Below are positions 1 to 14,344 of a DNA stretch of 64,000 bases, in pieces. The stretch's first letter is position 1. Every line of letters begins with the position of its first letter. The stretch lies in the NCBI RefSeq assembly GCF_006345805.1, contig NC_043000.1:103540001-103604000 (forward strand). The letters run 5' to 3'. The notes beneath the pieces were generated by a model, which saw nothing but the letters and a program-made list of their open reading frames with translations, was not told the origin of the DNA and made no database searches. This stretch comes from Octopus sinensis (taxonomy: Eukaryota). Both the position numbers and the translations under genes were made by a program.

Positions 1-3000
1 TCTACTTTCTGCTTGCTTTCTTTTTTTTTCTTTTTTCCATCCTCTAGTAACAATACATTCCGTTAAAGTGTAATTATACATTAGCTTCATATATTTTCCA
101 ATATATATAAATGGATGAATGAATTATCCTTTGTTTACCGTTAACATGGAAAATTCAATAAACAGTTACCAGGGTAGCAAAATTCACACAAGTAACACTA
201 TATATATATAGTTCATGTCTCACTAAGAAGCAGTGCACAGTATAGGAATTAGTGTCTGCATAAGTGGAATGTAAACCAGACAATTTGTATTGGCATCAAG
301 TCATATAAGTTGTAATAATGAAATCAAATCCAATTTTGAAATGTTTTAAGTGAAGAAGGTTTACCTAATGGATGCATTTCCTATTATGTATTAAGCAAAC
401 CTGAAATGTATTAAATGATTTCAAAATGTCACTATTACATTTGACTTCATTGTCATAACACACACATATAATGCTAAAGTGTTAAAGTGTAACTACACTC
501 ATATGTATACATATATATATGTTTGTATGTATATATGAAACTAGAGTGTAAGTATGCTTATATATATTGCTTGGTTTATAGCAGTTTGTGGAAATATGAT
601 TATTGCTTCAGTGAGTAAATTTCCCTACAAATATTTAATATTGCTATTTGATTGGGCTGGGTCTTTTTATATAGATATTATTTACCCATTCTGATCATGT
701 ATACAATAATTAAAAGTGGCATGGCAATGTTACTAAACCATCTTGGTTTATTAGCATACAAACATATCCATGATACTTTGAACCATTATAACAGCAATCT
801 GAATTTATCTTGGTATACAACCCAGCTTTATCTTGCTTATATAGTTTCCATGTGGCGCTTAACTGGAATTAGCGAAAGTAGCCGGCCATAAAATTCTTGC
901 TTCAACGTTAATCATGCAAAATCTGAATTTTTCTGAAGCAACCAACAATCCTTTGCTCATAGAGATGGAAAATATTCAATTCTGATTTCATGTACAATTT
1001 CTGCTAACAGAAAATTTAATATTTCAATGTCTATATTTATTGAGTCAACCAACTGTTTAGGTCTTGAAAATAATGCCATGAAGGCTGTCATACTTTAACT
1101 AAATTTGGTTATTGTGGTATTACGGTTATGTTTTCTTTTTTCTTTTTTTCTTATGTTACCCCAGTGTTATAAAAATCTTAATTCTCTGTTTGCAATTTTC
1201 CCACTTATATCAAAATTTGCTGATCACTATCCCTGCTTTTGTTTTAGATTATTTGTTCTTACAGCTACTTCAAGTGCTCTTCAAAAAATAGTTCTTGTCA
1301 TATTTTTAGAGATAATTATTCAACTAAAAATCAAGGAGAAACCACATAATTTACTATAAATTGCAAGTTTTGTTTATTCTTTTCTAAAATATTTAAATAT
1401 TAAAGAAATAACAAAAAAACTTTCCATTTCAAAACTATTTTTTAATTAAAATTTCATGAAGCTTTGAAATTTGCATGTATTAATTTTTTTTTTCCCTCTT
1501 TTCTTACTCCTCCTTTCTATCTTTTCCTTATATGCCATGGTTGATTTTGGGAGCAGTGTTTCAGCTGTAAGAAATCTTCAAGGTTTTACTGTTACTATGG
1601 TGTAGGTTGTACACATGAAGGTCCACTTAATTCAAGCAAACATTAAAATACCAGTGATGAGATAAAATGATTATATGCTTTGTGTATTTAGAAGTAATTG
1701 GAAGTTGAAATGCTGGAAGAATTAGCCCAGAAGATTTTATCTTCTCGGAGATAAAAGGAATAAATCAATTCAAGTTTCAGCCAAATTTCACTGACATAAA
1801 TATTTCTTGCTCAACAGTTTACATCATTTGTTCACATTGGTTTACTGCAAAATGACAGATTTTGAATTAGGTAAAGTACTTGTGTTCTGATGGATTATGT
1901 CAGTCATTTCAACAATTATGCGTGAGGTTGTATTTTAAAGTGGAATTAATGGATCTGCATATTTTCCATGCTTAATGGAAAATATTAAGCCATCAGCTAT
2001 TGATCATTTGTGTCATTTCTTTTCCTTGCTCTGAAAACTAGAAAGCAATAAATAAAATCAGATGATTAAGTATCAGTACAAATTTCAAATCCCCTATATC
2101 AGTTAAGAAACTTCTGGTATAATATCTGTTTCAAGTTTTCAGTCTGTATTGTATTTGTGATGCTTTACAGAAAATCTTCTCTTTAACCAAAAACAAATGC
2201 CATATTAGTGTTCTTAGTTTAATTACCATTCTACTATAAATCAATGTTTACCACTCAGATGATAACCTGTTATGCATCTGCATTAAAATCAGTTACTACA
2301 CTCACAATAACCTGCACGGGTTTCCTTGATCTGTCTCTATTTATCACTGAAGATGGGGTTCATTGTTAATGAACATCAATAGTATTTAAGTTGATTGTAG
2401 AACAATTTTAGCAGACACAAATTGACAGAGATTTGTCGTCTGTTATAAAAATTGTATTATACTTGGTTGTGAGAATCACCTACCTATATTTGTATTTTCT
2501 TTTATAATTCTGTATTAACAGAACTTGGGGGGAAATATAGGTAAATGTGAGCAAGATGCACATAAGTAGTATGTGTGTCTATGCCTTTAGAATTTATGAC
2601 TGACATGATAAAAAAAAAGGTAATAACAAAGATACTTGATCTCAAAAATCACAAACCTCTTTGTTATGCTTCAATAAATGTTATTTGTCAGATATTTTCT
2701 TTGTGTTTGTTATTAATGTTTGTTTATTAATATACATACCACCTGTTTCTTATCTTTACATCCCTTGCCAATGTAATTTAACTATATAAATATATATATA
2801 TATATATTTGTCAAAGAGAACAACAAATGCTAAGGCAAGACAAACATCTCAAGTCATATGTTATTATTAAAAAATTTAAGTCAGATCTGTTCAATCTCAA
2901 GCACACATTAAAAAAATTTTTTTAACAAAACAGTTTGGAACTTCGGAAACTGGTTGAATGTGTCACATAGAACACGGTTTACTTTTAGCGTTTTTGACAA

Positions 3001-3434
3001 AATTTTGTATTTTAGAAGTTATTTTGTGTTAAAGCTGTCGTATTTGAGTAATTTTAACCAATCAGTGACATGTAGTCAGCTGAAGTTACTGCTACTGTTT
3101 GTGAACTACAACTTCCGGTTGTATATATATATATTCATATGTATATATATGTGCAGTTAGGCTAGTTGTGTGACCACCTATTTTGGCGAAAAAATTTGCA
3201 TACATATTACATGGTCTTATACTAATTTTGCCGGTAAATTTGAAACGTTTATATTAATTTAGCATTAGAATTCTTCAAGTTCTATAAAAATAGTTATTGT
3301 CTGCATCATTCGAAAGAGAAATAAATTCTGCATAAGGTGTAAAAGATAGAAATAATTTGTATGGTGTTAGTAACAAAATATTTTGTAAGAAATAGAATTT
3401 TTATCACCGGTCTTAAATTTATTTTTGCCAGTGT

Positions 3435-3437
3435 ATG

Positions 3438-3475
<38 letters not shown>

Positions 3476-3699
3476 TACGTATGTATATATATATGTATGT
3501 ATATATATATATATATATATACGTGTGTATATATATGTATGTATATATATATATATACGTATGTGTATGTATATATATATATACGTATGTGTATGTATGT
3601 ATATATTATATATATATATATACGTATGTATGTATATATATATACGTATGTATGTATATATATATACGTATGTATGTATGTATAATATATATATATACG

Positions 3700-3730
<31 letters not shown>

Positions 3731-3987
3731 GTATATATATATATATATATATACGTATGTATGTATGTATACATATGTATATGTATGTATACATATGTAT
3801 ATGTATGTATACATATGTATATGTATGTATATATATATGTATGTATACATATGTATATATATGTATGTATGTATATGTATGTATGTATATGTATGTATGT
3901 ATACATATGTATATATATGTATGTATACATATATATATATGCATGTATATATATATGTATGTATACATATATACGTATGTATATACA
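3435..3987. repeat. (TA)n/(TATG)n microsatellite
   Basis: Dinucleotide/tetranucleotide array; explains the Y/I-rich spurious ORFs. Confidence 0.95.
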
Positions 3988-4183
3988 CTTTACTCTTTTA
4001 CTTGTTCCAGTCATGCTGAAGCACCACCTTTAGTCGATAAAATCGCCCCCCAGGACTTATTCTTTGTAAGCCTAGTACTTATTCTATCAGGCTCTTTTTG
4101 CCGAACCGCTAAGTTACGGGGACAGAGACATACCAGCATCGGTTGTCAAGCGATGGTGGCGGACATAGACACAAACAACAAAC

Positions 4184-4232
<49 letters not shown>

Positions 4233-4407
4233 GATATATATATGACGGACTTCTTTCAGTTTCCATCTACCAAATCCACTCACAAGGCTTTGATCGGCTC
4301 GAGGCTATAGCAAAAGAAACTTGCATAAGGTGTCACACAGTAGGACTGAACCTGGAACCATGTGATTGAGAAGCAAGCTTCTTACCATACAGTCACTCTT
4401 GCGCCTA
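3988..4407 (-). mobile_element. tRNA-derived SINE family 1 (octopus OR-like, family name tentative)
   Basis: Minus-strand tRNA-like head at ~4340-4407, central CCTTGTGAGTGGATTTGGTAG-type block, internal (TA)n and (GAGTAAA)n-like tail; same layout as copies at 8613, 46817 and 56732. Confidence 0.85.
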
Positions 4408-4825
4408 TATATGTATATATATACATATATATACCCGTGTATATATATGTATATATATATGTTTATATATATATATATGTTTATATATATGTATATCTGT
4501 ATATATATATATGTATGTATATATATTATATTAAATTAGAGATAAAACCACTATTAGGCAAATCAAACAGTGAAAAACATAAGCCAATACATAAAATTAA
4601 TTTTAAAATATAAAGTTAAAAATTTAAAAATTATTAAAATAATTTAAACTTATAAATTTTAAATATATATGTATGTATATTTTTATATTTATATATTATT
4701 TTGTTTATTAATTTATATATATATATGTATTTATATGTATGTATATATATTTGTATACATATATATGTTTGTATATATGTATATATATTTGTGTGTATAT
4801 ATATATTATATATATATATATATAT

Positions 4826-5680
4826 AAACTTACTTGGAGGAAACGACACGAGGGCGCTCAGTCATACAATAGTGTAATAAATAAAATATATGCATACATA
4901 CATACATATATGTACGTACCTACTTCTACATGTATATATACATGCATATATAAATATATATACGTGAGTACAGGACACCACAAATAGACGTAGAACTCAA
5001 TGAGAAACGAAAACGTAAAAACAAACATGGAAACGGACCTTTTTTAACAACGAAAAAACAGAGTACAAGACAAACTACACAAGGAAAATTCCCCTTCATC
5101 AGCTGTCCCTAGTTCAAATCCAGTGTGTTTCGAAGATTGAGGACAGAACACAGGGGTAAAAACAAAGAAAGAAAAAAATGTGACAAAAACAGGACGTAAA
5201 AACGATACAAATAAAATTACCCAATAAAAATACAATTACAAAAAAATACAGTACAAGAAATAAAAACAAACAATGAGGGCCTTTTTTTGGCCTAGACGAG
5301 GAAAGATTCTTAAGAGCGCAGGAAGAACGTGTGTTCACTGTTAGGAGGCCGCAAGCGAAAGGAAGTAGTCGCCCGGCTGTGAGAGAGAGAGATAGAGGAA
5401 GACAAGCAGCTGTGAGAGATGAAGAGGAGTGAGAGAGATAGAGGAAGACAAGGAAGGAAGGGAAGGTCAAGTAAAGGGTTATAGAGTTTCGCATCATAAT
5501 AATATATAAAAACTTACTTGGAGGAAACGAAACGACGCGAGGGCGCTCAGTCATACAATAGTGTAATAAATAAAATATATGCATACATACATACATATAT
5601 GTACGTACCTACATCTACATGTATATATACATGCATATATAAATATATATACGTGAGTACAGGACACCACAAATATGTAT
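4826..5680. repeat. Unclassified interspersed repeat with internal ~160-bp direct repeat
   Basis: 4826-4985 nearly identical to 5509-5675; related copy at ~48820-49030. Confidence 0.7.
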
Positions 5681-5789
5681 ATATATGTGTATAAATATAT
5701 ATATATATGTGTGTATATTCCACCTGCCTTCGTCTTTTGTTTATTTCCGTAAACCTGCCTTCGTCTTTTGTCTATTTTCATAAAGCTTC

Positions 5790-5860
5790 CCGTTATATAT
5801 ATATGTATATATATATGTGTATATATATATGTGTATATATATATGTATATATATATATAC

Positions 5861-5898
<38 letters not shown>

Positions 5899-6024
5899 TA
5901 CGTATATATATACATATATATATGTATATATATATATACGTATATATATATATGTATATATAATATACGTATATATATACGTATATATATATATATATAT
6001 GTATATATATTATACGTATATATG

Positions 6025-6062
<38 letters not shown>

Positions 6063-6514
6063 TATATACGTATATATATGTATATTATATATGTATATAT
6101 ATATATATATATACGTATATATATATGTATATATATACATATATATATGTATATATATACATAATATATATATGTATAAATATATATATACATATATATA
6201 TGTATATATACATATATAATATGTATATATATATATAAATATATATATGTATATATATATATATATATATATGTGTATAAATATATATATATATATATAT
6301 AGTATATATATATATATATAATATATGTATAATATATATATACGTATATATATGTATATATATATACGTATATATATACATATATATATGTATATATATA
6401 TTATACGTATATATATGTATATAATATATATATGTATATATATACATATATATACGTATATAAATATATGTATATATATATATACGTATATAAATATATG
6501 TATATATATATACG

Positions 6515-6548
<34 letters not shown>

Positions 6549-6698
6549 ACGTATATAAATATATGTTATATATATATACGTATATAAATATATGTATATA
6601 TATATACGTATAGAAATATATGTATATATATATACGTATATAGATATATGTATCTATATATCTATAGATATATGTATATATATAGATATATGTATATA

Positions 6699-6753
<55 letters not shown>

Positions 6754-6795
6754 AATATATATATATGTATATAAATATATGTATATAGTATATAT
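5790..6795. repeat. ~1-kb (TA)n microsatellite
   Basis: Direct observation. Confidence 0.95.
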
Positions 6796-7645
6796 TGCAA
6801 ATAAGAAAATGGAGAAGCACATTAGTTGGTTCATCAACTTTAGGACATTAAAATGTTGACTTTATTTATCAAAACGACTACCATAATAACATACATACAT
6901 ATAGTATATTATCCTATGTATATAAAATAAGAATACAAGCAGTTATTAAAAACATGGATATAGCTTATCAAAATCACTTACAGCTGTTTCAGCCTATAGA
7001 TAAGCGCATCTCGTTCTGCCTATATTAGTCAAGTGTATTGAGGTGATAGGCAGTTGAAAATGATGTACTGATATATATCTCTAGGCCTCGTCAGAGATTA
7101 TAAAGTACAATCATAAAAATATAAATATAAATATGAAACAATATACACGCACATTTGAATATATATAAACACACACACACACACACACACATATATACAT
7201 ACATATATACATAGATAGATATAAATGTACATACATACATGTTTATAGACGGTTAATTATATAAACTGGAACATACATATACATCCATATCCATAGGTAC
7301 ATATATAATATTCAATTATTACCAATATTATTATTATTATTATTATTAATATTAGATTACGTGTATTCTTCTATTCACAAGACATAGTATAAGACATTTA
7401 AAATATAGATTATTATATGATATAAACAGATGTTTATGAAAGATGTAAGCTTATTAATTTTACAATCAAAGTCAGTATATTCATATATCATACAGTTAAT
7501 ATATAGTTATTTCAGTATTATTCTGCATACATATATATATAAAGGGCAAGCAAACACATGTATATGCTTATATATTCATACGCACAAATATACACCAATA
7601 CATATATGAATGTGCTTCTCCATTTTTTTTTATTTGCAATATAAA
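6791..7645 (-). mobile_element. Penelope-like element terminal remnant bounded by ~33-bp inverted repeats
   Basis: tatattgcaaataagaaaatggagaagcaca at ~6791 is inverted at ~7611-7645; contains a hammerhead motif. Confidence 0.5.
6971..7100 (-). ncRNA. Type I hammerhead ribozyme-like motif
   Basis: Minus strand: CUGACGA, stem II GGCCUAGAGAU/AUCUAUAGGCU, GAAAC-AGCU-GUA; stem I imperfect. Confidence 0.6.
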
Positions 7646-7804
7646 TTAATGGTAAAATATTTCTTTACCTTCACCCATTTAATACAATAAGTTAGTTGCA
7701 TTGCAATTAAAACACTTGTGTATTAATAATTGGGTATTGTACCAACAGTATATTGGATAAATATCATCCCTTAGTGGGTTGTACCTACAACCCCTAACTT
7801 TTTT

Positions 7805-7951
7805 GGTGTTATATAGTATATATATGTATGTACATATATATACATATGTATATTTGTATGTATATAGGATATATATATATGTATTTATGTATATATATAT
7901 TATATATATAATATATGTATAATATATATATATTATATATATTATAATATA

Positions 7952-7994
<43 letters not shown>

Positions 7995-8001
7995 GTATAT
8001 A

Positions 8002-8035
<34 letters not shown>

Positions 8036-8228
8036 GTATATGTATGATATATGTATATATATATGTATATATATGTATGAATATATGTATATATATATAT
8101 CTATATATATATATATCTATATATATATATATTATATATATATATATAGCTATGTATATAGAATGTATATATATATATATATATATAGCTATGTATATAG
8201 ATTATATATATATATATATAGCTATGTA

Positions 8229-8284
<56 letters not shown>

Positions 8285-8327
8285 ATATATAGCTATGTAT
8301 ATAGATGTATATATATATATGTTATAT

Positions 8328-8390
<63 letters not shown>

Positions 8391-8395
8391 TATAA
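7805..8395. repeat. (TA)n microsatellite
   Basis: Direct observation. Confidence 0.95.
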
Positions 8396-8403
8396 GTATT
8401 CTT

Positions 8404-9260
8404 TTATTCTTCCCATCTCCGAGACTGGAGCGAGACCTCACCTGCATCTATTTGCCATGTGCGAGATCACAACGTGGCTCGCGATGGCGAACTGTATATA
8501 AGGGCAAAGCAGAAACAGTTTCACTCTCTCTCCGCTTCTCCGCAGCAGTGCTTGCTGATCACACCTCACTGGCTGGGCCTGACTGCATGTTATACCTCCA
8601 GAGGCAATATACTCTTTACTCTTTTTTACTCTTTTTACTTGTTTCAGTCATTTGACTGCGGCCATGCTGGAGCACCACCTTTAGTCGAGCAACTCGACCC
8701 CGGGACTTATTCTTTGTAATCCCAGTACTTATTCTATCGGTCTCTTTTGCCGAACCGCTAAGTGACGGGGACGTAAACACACCAGCATCGGTTGTCAAGC
8801 AATGCTAGTGGGACAAACACAGACACACAAACATACACACAAATACATATATATATATATATACATATATACGACAGGCTTCTTTCAGTTTCCGTCTACC
8901 AAATCCACTCACAAGGCATTGGTCGGCGAGGCTATAGCAGAAGACACTTGCCCAAGATACCACGCAGTGGGACTGAACCTGGAACCATGTGGTTGGTAAG
9001 CAAGCTACTTACCACACAGCCACTCCTGCACTAATACCCGCATTAATGGAGATAAAACACCACGCACACAGCTCGAGATAGTTGCTGAGAGCAACGCACT
9101 TCACCTATTCTGCGAAACTTGTAAATAAACTGGTTGTAAATTGCATTTGTGGTTAAAGACTTCTTTCTTCACCTGCCAGAGCCTGAACTACACGAAGAAT
9201 AAGGTATAATGGGAGAAGGCGATATTCTCCCGATATCGTAAACCTTGCCTTCCATTATAA
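8404..9260 (+). repeat. 5' LTR (5' end lost next to (TA)n; interrupted by a SINE)
   Basis: About 90% identical by manual count to 13902-14339 over ~300 shared bp. Confidence 0.85.
8613..9033 (-). mobile_element. SINE family 1 inserted in the 5' LTR
   Basis: Full head, central block and tail; absent from the 3' LTR. Confidence 0.9.
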
Positions 9261-9262
9261 AA

Positions 9263-9277
9263 TGGTGACTCCGACGT
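9263..9277 (+). promoter_or_regulatory. Primer binding site (tRNA-Trp)
   Basis: TGGTGACTCCGACGT directly after the LTR; one mismatch to the complement of the metazoan tRNA-Trp 3' end (TGGTGACCCCGACGT). Confidence 0.8.
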
Positions 9278-9723
9278 AGAAAAAGGATTTTCGGCAGCCG
9301 CAAGCTTTATCGTAAAGATGTCTCAACTGAATCACGGACTTGCGGGTTTCACTTGCCCCCAACTGATAAACACATCAATGGCCACAACTCCAGCCGTCCA
9401 TCAACTTCCACCCATCGTTCCTGCCGCCACATTTAAATTGCCCCATGTGGATACAGAATTTTACCGGTCACGCCCCCACCCCCAAAAATACATTGCAAAG
9501 TAAAATTTTATTAGTGCAAGCACACACATACAATTAGTGTTTTTTGGCATTTTTTTTCCTTCAGCACAAAAACAGGTTTGGCGACGAAACTTTTCTTGTC
9601 TGCGTATACAGTACACAATTCTATAAATTTTGTTCAGATTTTTTTTTCTTTTCTCGCTCACAACACTTTTGTCATTTTTTTGTCCACTTCTTTTCTCTTC
9701 TGACAGGAAAAAAAAAAAAAAAA

Positions 9724-10491
9724 ATGAGTTTGCCTAATCTTCCTTCTTTCACTGGTGACGTCACGCTTTGGTTCGCTCAGTTGGAGGCGTATTTTGCGGC
9801 ACACGCTGTACCTTCGCAGCAACAGCTGAATCTTCTCTTCTGTAGCATTCCTGCACCACTCGCTACTTAAGTCAGGGATCTCATCACTGATCCTCGTCCG
9901 GGTGCGACCTACGAGGTAGTCAAATCCGAGGTACTCCGACGGAACACTAAATCCGCGGAGTCTAAGTTTAAGCAGCTTATGCAAGATGAGGAGTGAGGAG
10001 ACAGGACGCCGTCTCAATTTTTAGGGTATCTCCACGAGCTCAGCGACACGACTGAAGACAACTCGCTTTTACGGAAGCTTTTCTTCTCCTGGCAACCTCC
10101 CAATGTGCAAACTATCTTAGCCACAGCGGTTGATACCAACACCGTGGATCAACTAGCTACCATGGCCGATAAGATTTTAGAGTTCGCTATCCAGCCAGCA
10201 CCTCGCCATGTCTACTCTTGCTCAGAGTTTTCCCCCACTGCACCTTCCTCGTCACATGATGATATTGTGGAGAAACTTGCCTCCTTAACACGCCGAATGG
10301 ACGCGCTTTGGGGAGAGCGCTCCAACTCTTCGCGCCGTCGTAGTCGAAGCCGGTCCCGTTCACGCTCGACCGATTCCTCTTCATCTAGTTCCGGTCTTTG
10401 TTGGTACCACGCCAGGTATCAGCATAAAGCCCGCAAATGCATTCAGCCTTGTTCTTTTCAATCGGTGGGAAATGACCTGCGGAGGGCTTGA
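9724..10491 (+). pseudogene. gag: gag, with stops and frameshift
   Basis: LPSFTGDVTLWFAQLEAYF N-terminus; CWYHARYQHKARKCIQPC zinc knuckle. Confidence 0.85.
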
Positions 10492-13400
10492 GTACGTCAA
10501 GCACTTCCGGCTAATTAAAACTCACTCGTACATTTTTTGTGAAGGACCGCGTGTCTGGTGAGGCGTTTATGGTTGACACGGGTTTTAGTTGCTCTATTTG
10601 GCCTTTGTGTCTCACTACAGACAAGCCAAAGCGTTCAGAGATCACCTTGCACGCAGTCAATTGGTCTCTCATTACGACTTATGGTCAAATTTCATTACAT
10701 ATTGACATTAATCTTCGCCGGGATTTTGGGTGGATTTTTGTCATAGCTGATCTCCCACATCCTATTCTGGGTGCGGACATTTTGAACAATTTTAATCTAT
10801 TGGTAGATGTCAGGCGACAGAGATTTGTCGATGGTTCTACGTCCTTGTCTACACCTGCAAAAGCCACTACCAATGCTGTTCTCAGTCCTTCATTTTTTGT
10901 TGTCACTGCTGGTGATACATTTCACTCACTCTTAGCTTCCTTCCTAGAGCTCGTGGATCAGCTATTCCAAATGGCAAAACCTACTCACTCGACCCTCCTC
11001 TATATTACCACCACTGGGCCGCCTGTCTTTTCACGCCCGCGGCGACTTACTCCTGAACGTCTTAAGAAGGCTAGGTCCGAATTTGAGCGTATGCTCCAGC
11101 TTGGCCTTATTCGCCCCTCCACCAGCTCTTGGACATCTCACCTTCATTTGGCACGAAAAGGGGATTCTGATTTTCGCCCGGTGAGGGATTATAGACGTTT
11201 GAATGCGGTCACTGTTCTCGATCGCTATCCCATACGAAATCTCTAAAACTTCTCTAATTTGCATGGTTGTACTATTTTTTCTAAGGTCGACCTCGTTCGT
11301 GCCTATCATCAAATACCAGTCAATCTTGAGGACGTACCAAAAACTGCCATCACTACTCCCTTTGGCAGCTTCGAGTTCCTTTTTATGAGCTTCGGTTTAC
11401 AGAACACCACGAGCACGTTCCAAAGATTTATCGATGAAGTTGTCCGTGGACTTGATTTTGTGTTCGCTTACGTTGATGACATACTCATTGCAAGCGACAC
11501 GCGTGAGAATCACCTCCAATACTTAAATCAACTCTTTCAGCGTCTTCGCGCCTACAATGTGCAAACCAACCCCGGTAAGTGTGTTTTCGGGCAGTCCTAT
11601 CTGGAATTTCTGGGGAATTATATCGACTCAAATGGTATCAGACCTCTCTCTTCCAAAGTCGATGCAATTCAGCGCATCGCACCCCCTACTTTACTACGCC
11701 AACTCTGCCAACACCGCCACTTTTTGGGAGTCGTCAACTTCTACAGACGATAAATTCGTGACTGTGCAGACAAGTTACTTCCCTTGACTCAGCTATTGAA
11801 AGCAAATACAAAAAAGAATTCTATTACTTTATCTGCCGAGGCGTTATCTGCTTTTGTGTCAATCAAGAAAGATATAGCTTCTGTTCCTTTGCTTGCACAT
11901 CCGGTTCCCGATACTCCTTTCTTTTTGACCGTTGATGCATCGGATTCTGCGGTTGGTGCTGTTTTACAGTACACCGGAGACAATCAGACTAAACCTTTAG
12001 CGTTTTTTCTCGTCAATTAAAGCCAGCTGAACGTCGGTACAGTACTTTTGAACGCGAGATACCTGTCAGTTCATCATTTTCAACATCAACTCGAGGGCCG
12101 AGATTTTGTGGTTTATACTGATCACAAGCCTCTTGTGTTTGCTCTGTCATCTAAATCGGACAAACACTCGCCTCGTGCTTTTTGTCACCTGGACTACATT
12201 TCCCAGTTCACGAGTGACATTCGGCACATACCTGGAACAGAGAACATGCCTGCTGACGCAATCTTTCGTCTTCCTGTGTGTTTCCTTTCATCTCCTGCTG
12301 CAATCAATTTAACTGCCATTGCGCAGGATCAGCCAGCTCTGAACACTTTGGATTTAGCTTCTACCAAGTTGTCCTGTTGCAAGTTTGCCTACTTCCCACT
12401 TCCGACTGCTGAAGGCACCATTCTTTGTGACACAGCTACTGGTTCTCCCAGACCGTTTGTACCTGAAAACCACCAGCGCTCCGTTTTTGATGCCTTGCAT
12501 TCACTGTCACATCATGGCGTCGCTGCCTCGGTGAAGCTTATTCCGGCTCGATTTTTATAGCCTAATATGCGCCGGATGATCACCGATTGGTCACACTCTT
12601 GTGTAAAATGCCAGCGTTCTAAAATCCACAGGCATATTCGCGCTCCTCTTGGACAGTTCTCTCCTCCGGGGACTCGCTTTCGCCATGTCCACATTGATCT
12701 GGTTGGACGATAGCCTGTCAGTCGCGGTTTCTCTTACATATTGACATGCGTCGATCGTTTCTTTCGTTGGCCAGAAGCCATTCCAGTAGTGGACATTTCT
12801 GCTGAGTCAGTTGCTCGAGCTTTTGTTTCTAACTGGATTGCTCGCTTTGGTGTCCCAGCTAAAATAACCACTGATCGCTGACGCCAGTTCGAGGCTTTCC
12901 TATTTCGTGAATTATCACAAATCCTAGGAGTTCATTACATTCGTACGACCAGCTACCACCCGGCCTCCAACGGGATGGTCGAACGTTTTCTGAGGCAACT
13001 GAAGGCCGCCCAACTCACCACTTCTGATCCGCAGTCTTGGACAGAATTTCTGCCTATCATTCTTCTTGGTTGTCGCACTGCTGTTGAAGCAGACTTAGGT
13101 TTCTCCTCTGCTGAACTCCTGTACGGTACCACCATGGAGCTCCCTGGTACAATGTTAGCGCCAGACAACTTATCGCCTCCTGATCCAATGTCACCAGACT
13201 TCGCTCGTATTTCTCAAGTCTTCCACCCATCCATCTACGCGACCAGTCTATTCCCTCTCATGTCCTACCAGACATTGACAAATGGACTCATGTTTTTGTT
13301 CGGGATGATTCTGTCAGAGGACTTCTCGTTTCTCCTTATAAGGGACCATTTCGTGTGCTATCGCAACACCCAAAACTTTTAGTCTCGACATCAATGGTCG

Positions 13401-13635
13401 GGTAGAGACCGTGACGGTTGACAGATTTAAAAGGACACATTTTGAGGTGTCCACACCCTTTGATGACACCCCAAACACGCCCACCTTTAATCCTTTACAA
13501 CCACCTACACATCCACCTTCACATGCACCTTTGACCCCATCATCACCTACACCTTCGTCACCACTACCTAACACGAACAAACCCTATGTCACCAGGACTG
13601 GCCGCACTGTGCATTGGCCCAAGAAAACTCACTAA
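10492..13635 (+). pseudogene. pol: pol (protease, RT, RNase H, integrase), fragmented
   Basis: VDTG protease, DYRRLN, FSKVDL, YVDD at ~11469-11480, TVDAS, YTDHKPL, HHCC finger, HIDLVG / TTD / SNGMVERF, GPF motif; many stops and frameshifts. Confidence 0.92.
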
Positions 13636-13901
13636 AACTATTTATATCTGACAATCTCTTTTGTATTTTCTGTGACAGACAATTGCTTTCTTGTGTTACT
13701 GAACTGTTTCAATACTCTGCCATTGAACATTTTGTCAAATTTTGTGCATGCCAATTTATATTTCCTGCAATTATTTTTCTATTTGACTTGTCACATTTTT
13801 GTACTATATCTTATTGGTTGCGATCAATTACCATCTTTGCTCTTACTTGTGCCTGCTCCAATTATTTTGTTTACGCACTGCCGCACTCAGTGGGGAGCCC
13901 T

Positions 13902-14339
13902 TGTAGCGGCACAAGCAGTCAGTGCCATATTGGATGAGATCTCGCGGCAGCCATCGTTATCTCTGAGACCAGAGCGACACCTAAGGACAAAACAGAAACG
14001 GGACAAAACAGAAACAGATTCACTCTTTCTCTTTCCGCTTCTCCGCAGCAGCGCTTGCTGAGCACACTTCACTGGCTGGACCTGACTGCATGTTGTACCC
14101 CCAGAGACAATGTACCCGCACTAATGGGGATACAACGCCACGCATACAACTCGAGATGGTTGCTGAGAGCAACGCACTTCACCTGTTCTGTGAAACTTGT
14201 AAATAAACCAGTTGTAAATTGCATTTGTGCTTAAAGACTTCTTTCTTCGCCTGCCGGAGCCTGAACTACGCAAAGAACAAGATATAATGGGAGAAGTTGA
14301 TATTTTCATGATATCGTAAACCTTGCCTTCCATTATACG
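13902..14339 (+). repeat. 3' LTR
   Basis: Starts with TG after the PPT-like agtggggagccc (13889-13900); matches the 5' LTR. Confidence 0.88.
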
Positions 14340-14344
14340 TCAAA

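Larger units (their letters stand above)
8404..14339 (+). mobile_element. Ty3/Gypsy LTR retrotransposon, CsRn1 clade, decayed
   Basis: Two LTRs, tRNA-Trp-type PBS, Cx2Hx9Cx3C gag motif, PR-RT-RH-IN order, PPT. Confidence 0.92.

Noticed and set aside
840-2781. Possible minus-strand exons (44-codon frame at ~950-1090; 2740-81; 2306-46)
   Set aside because: No recognisable protein and no consistent phase chain
5090-5150. TTCATCAG and GTTTCG hammerhead-like words
   Set aside because: Order is wrong for type I and no stem III or NUH site is present for type II
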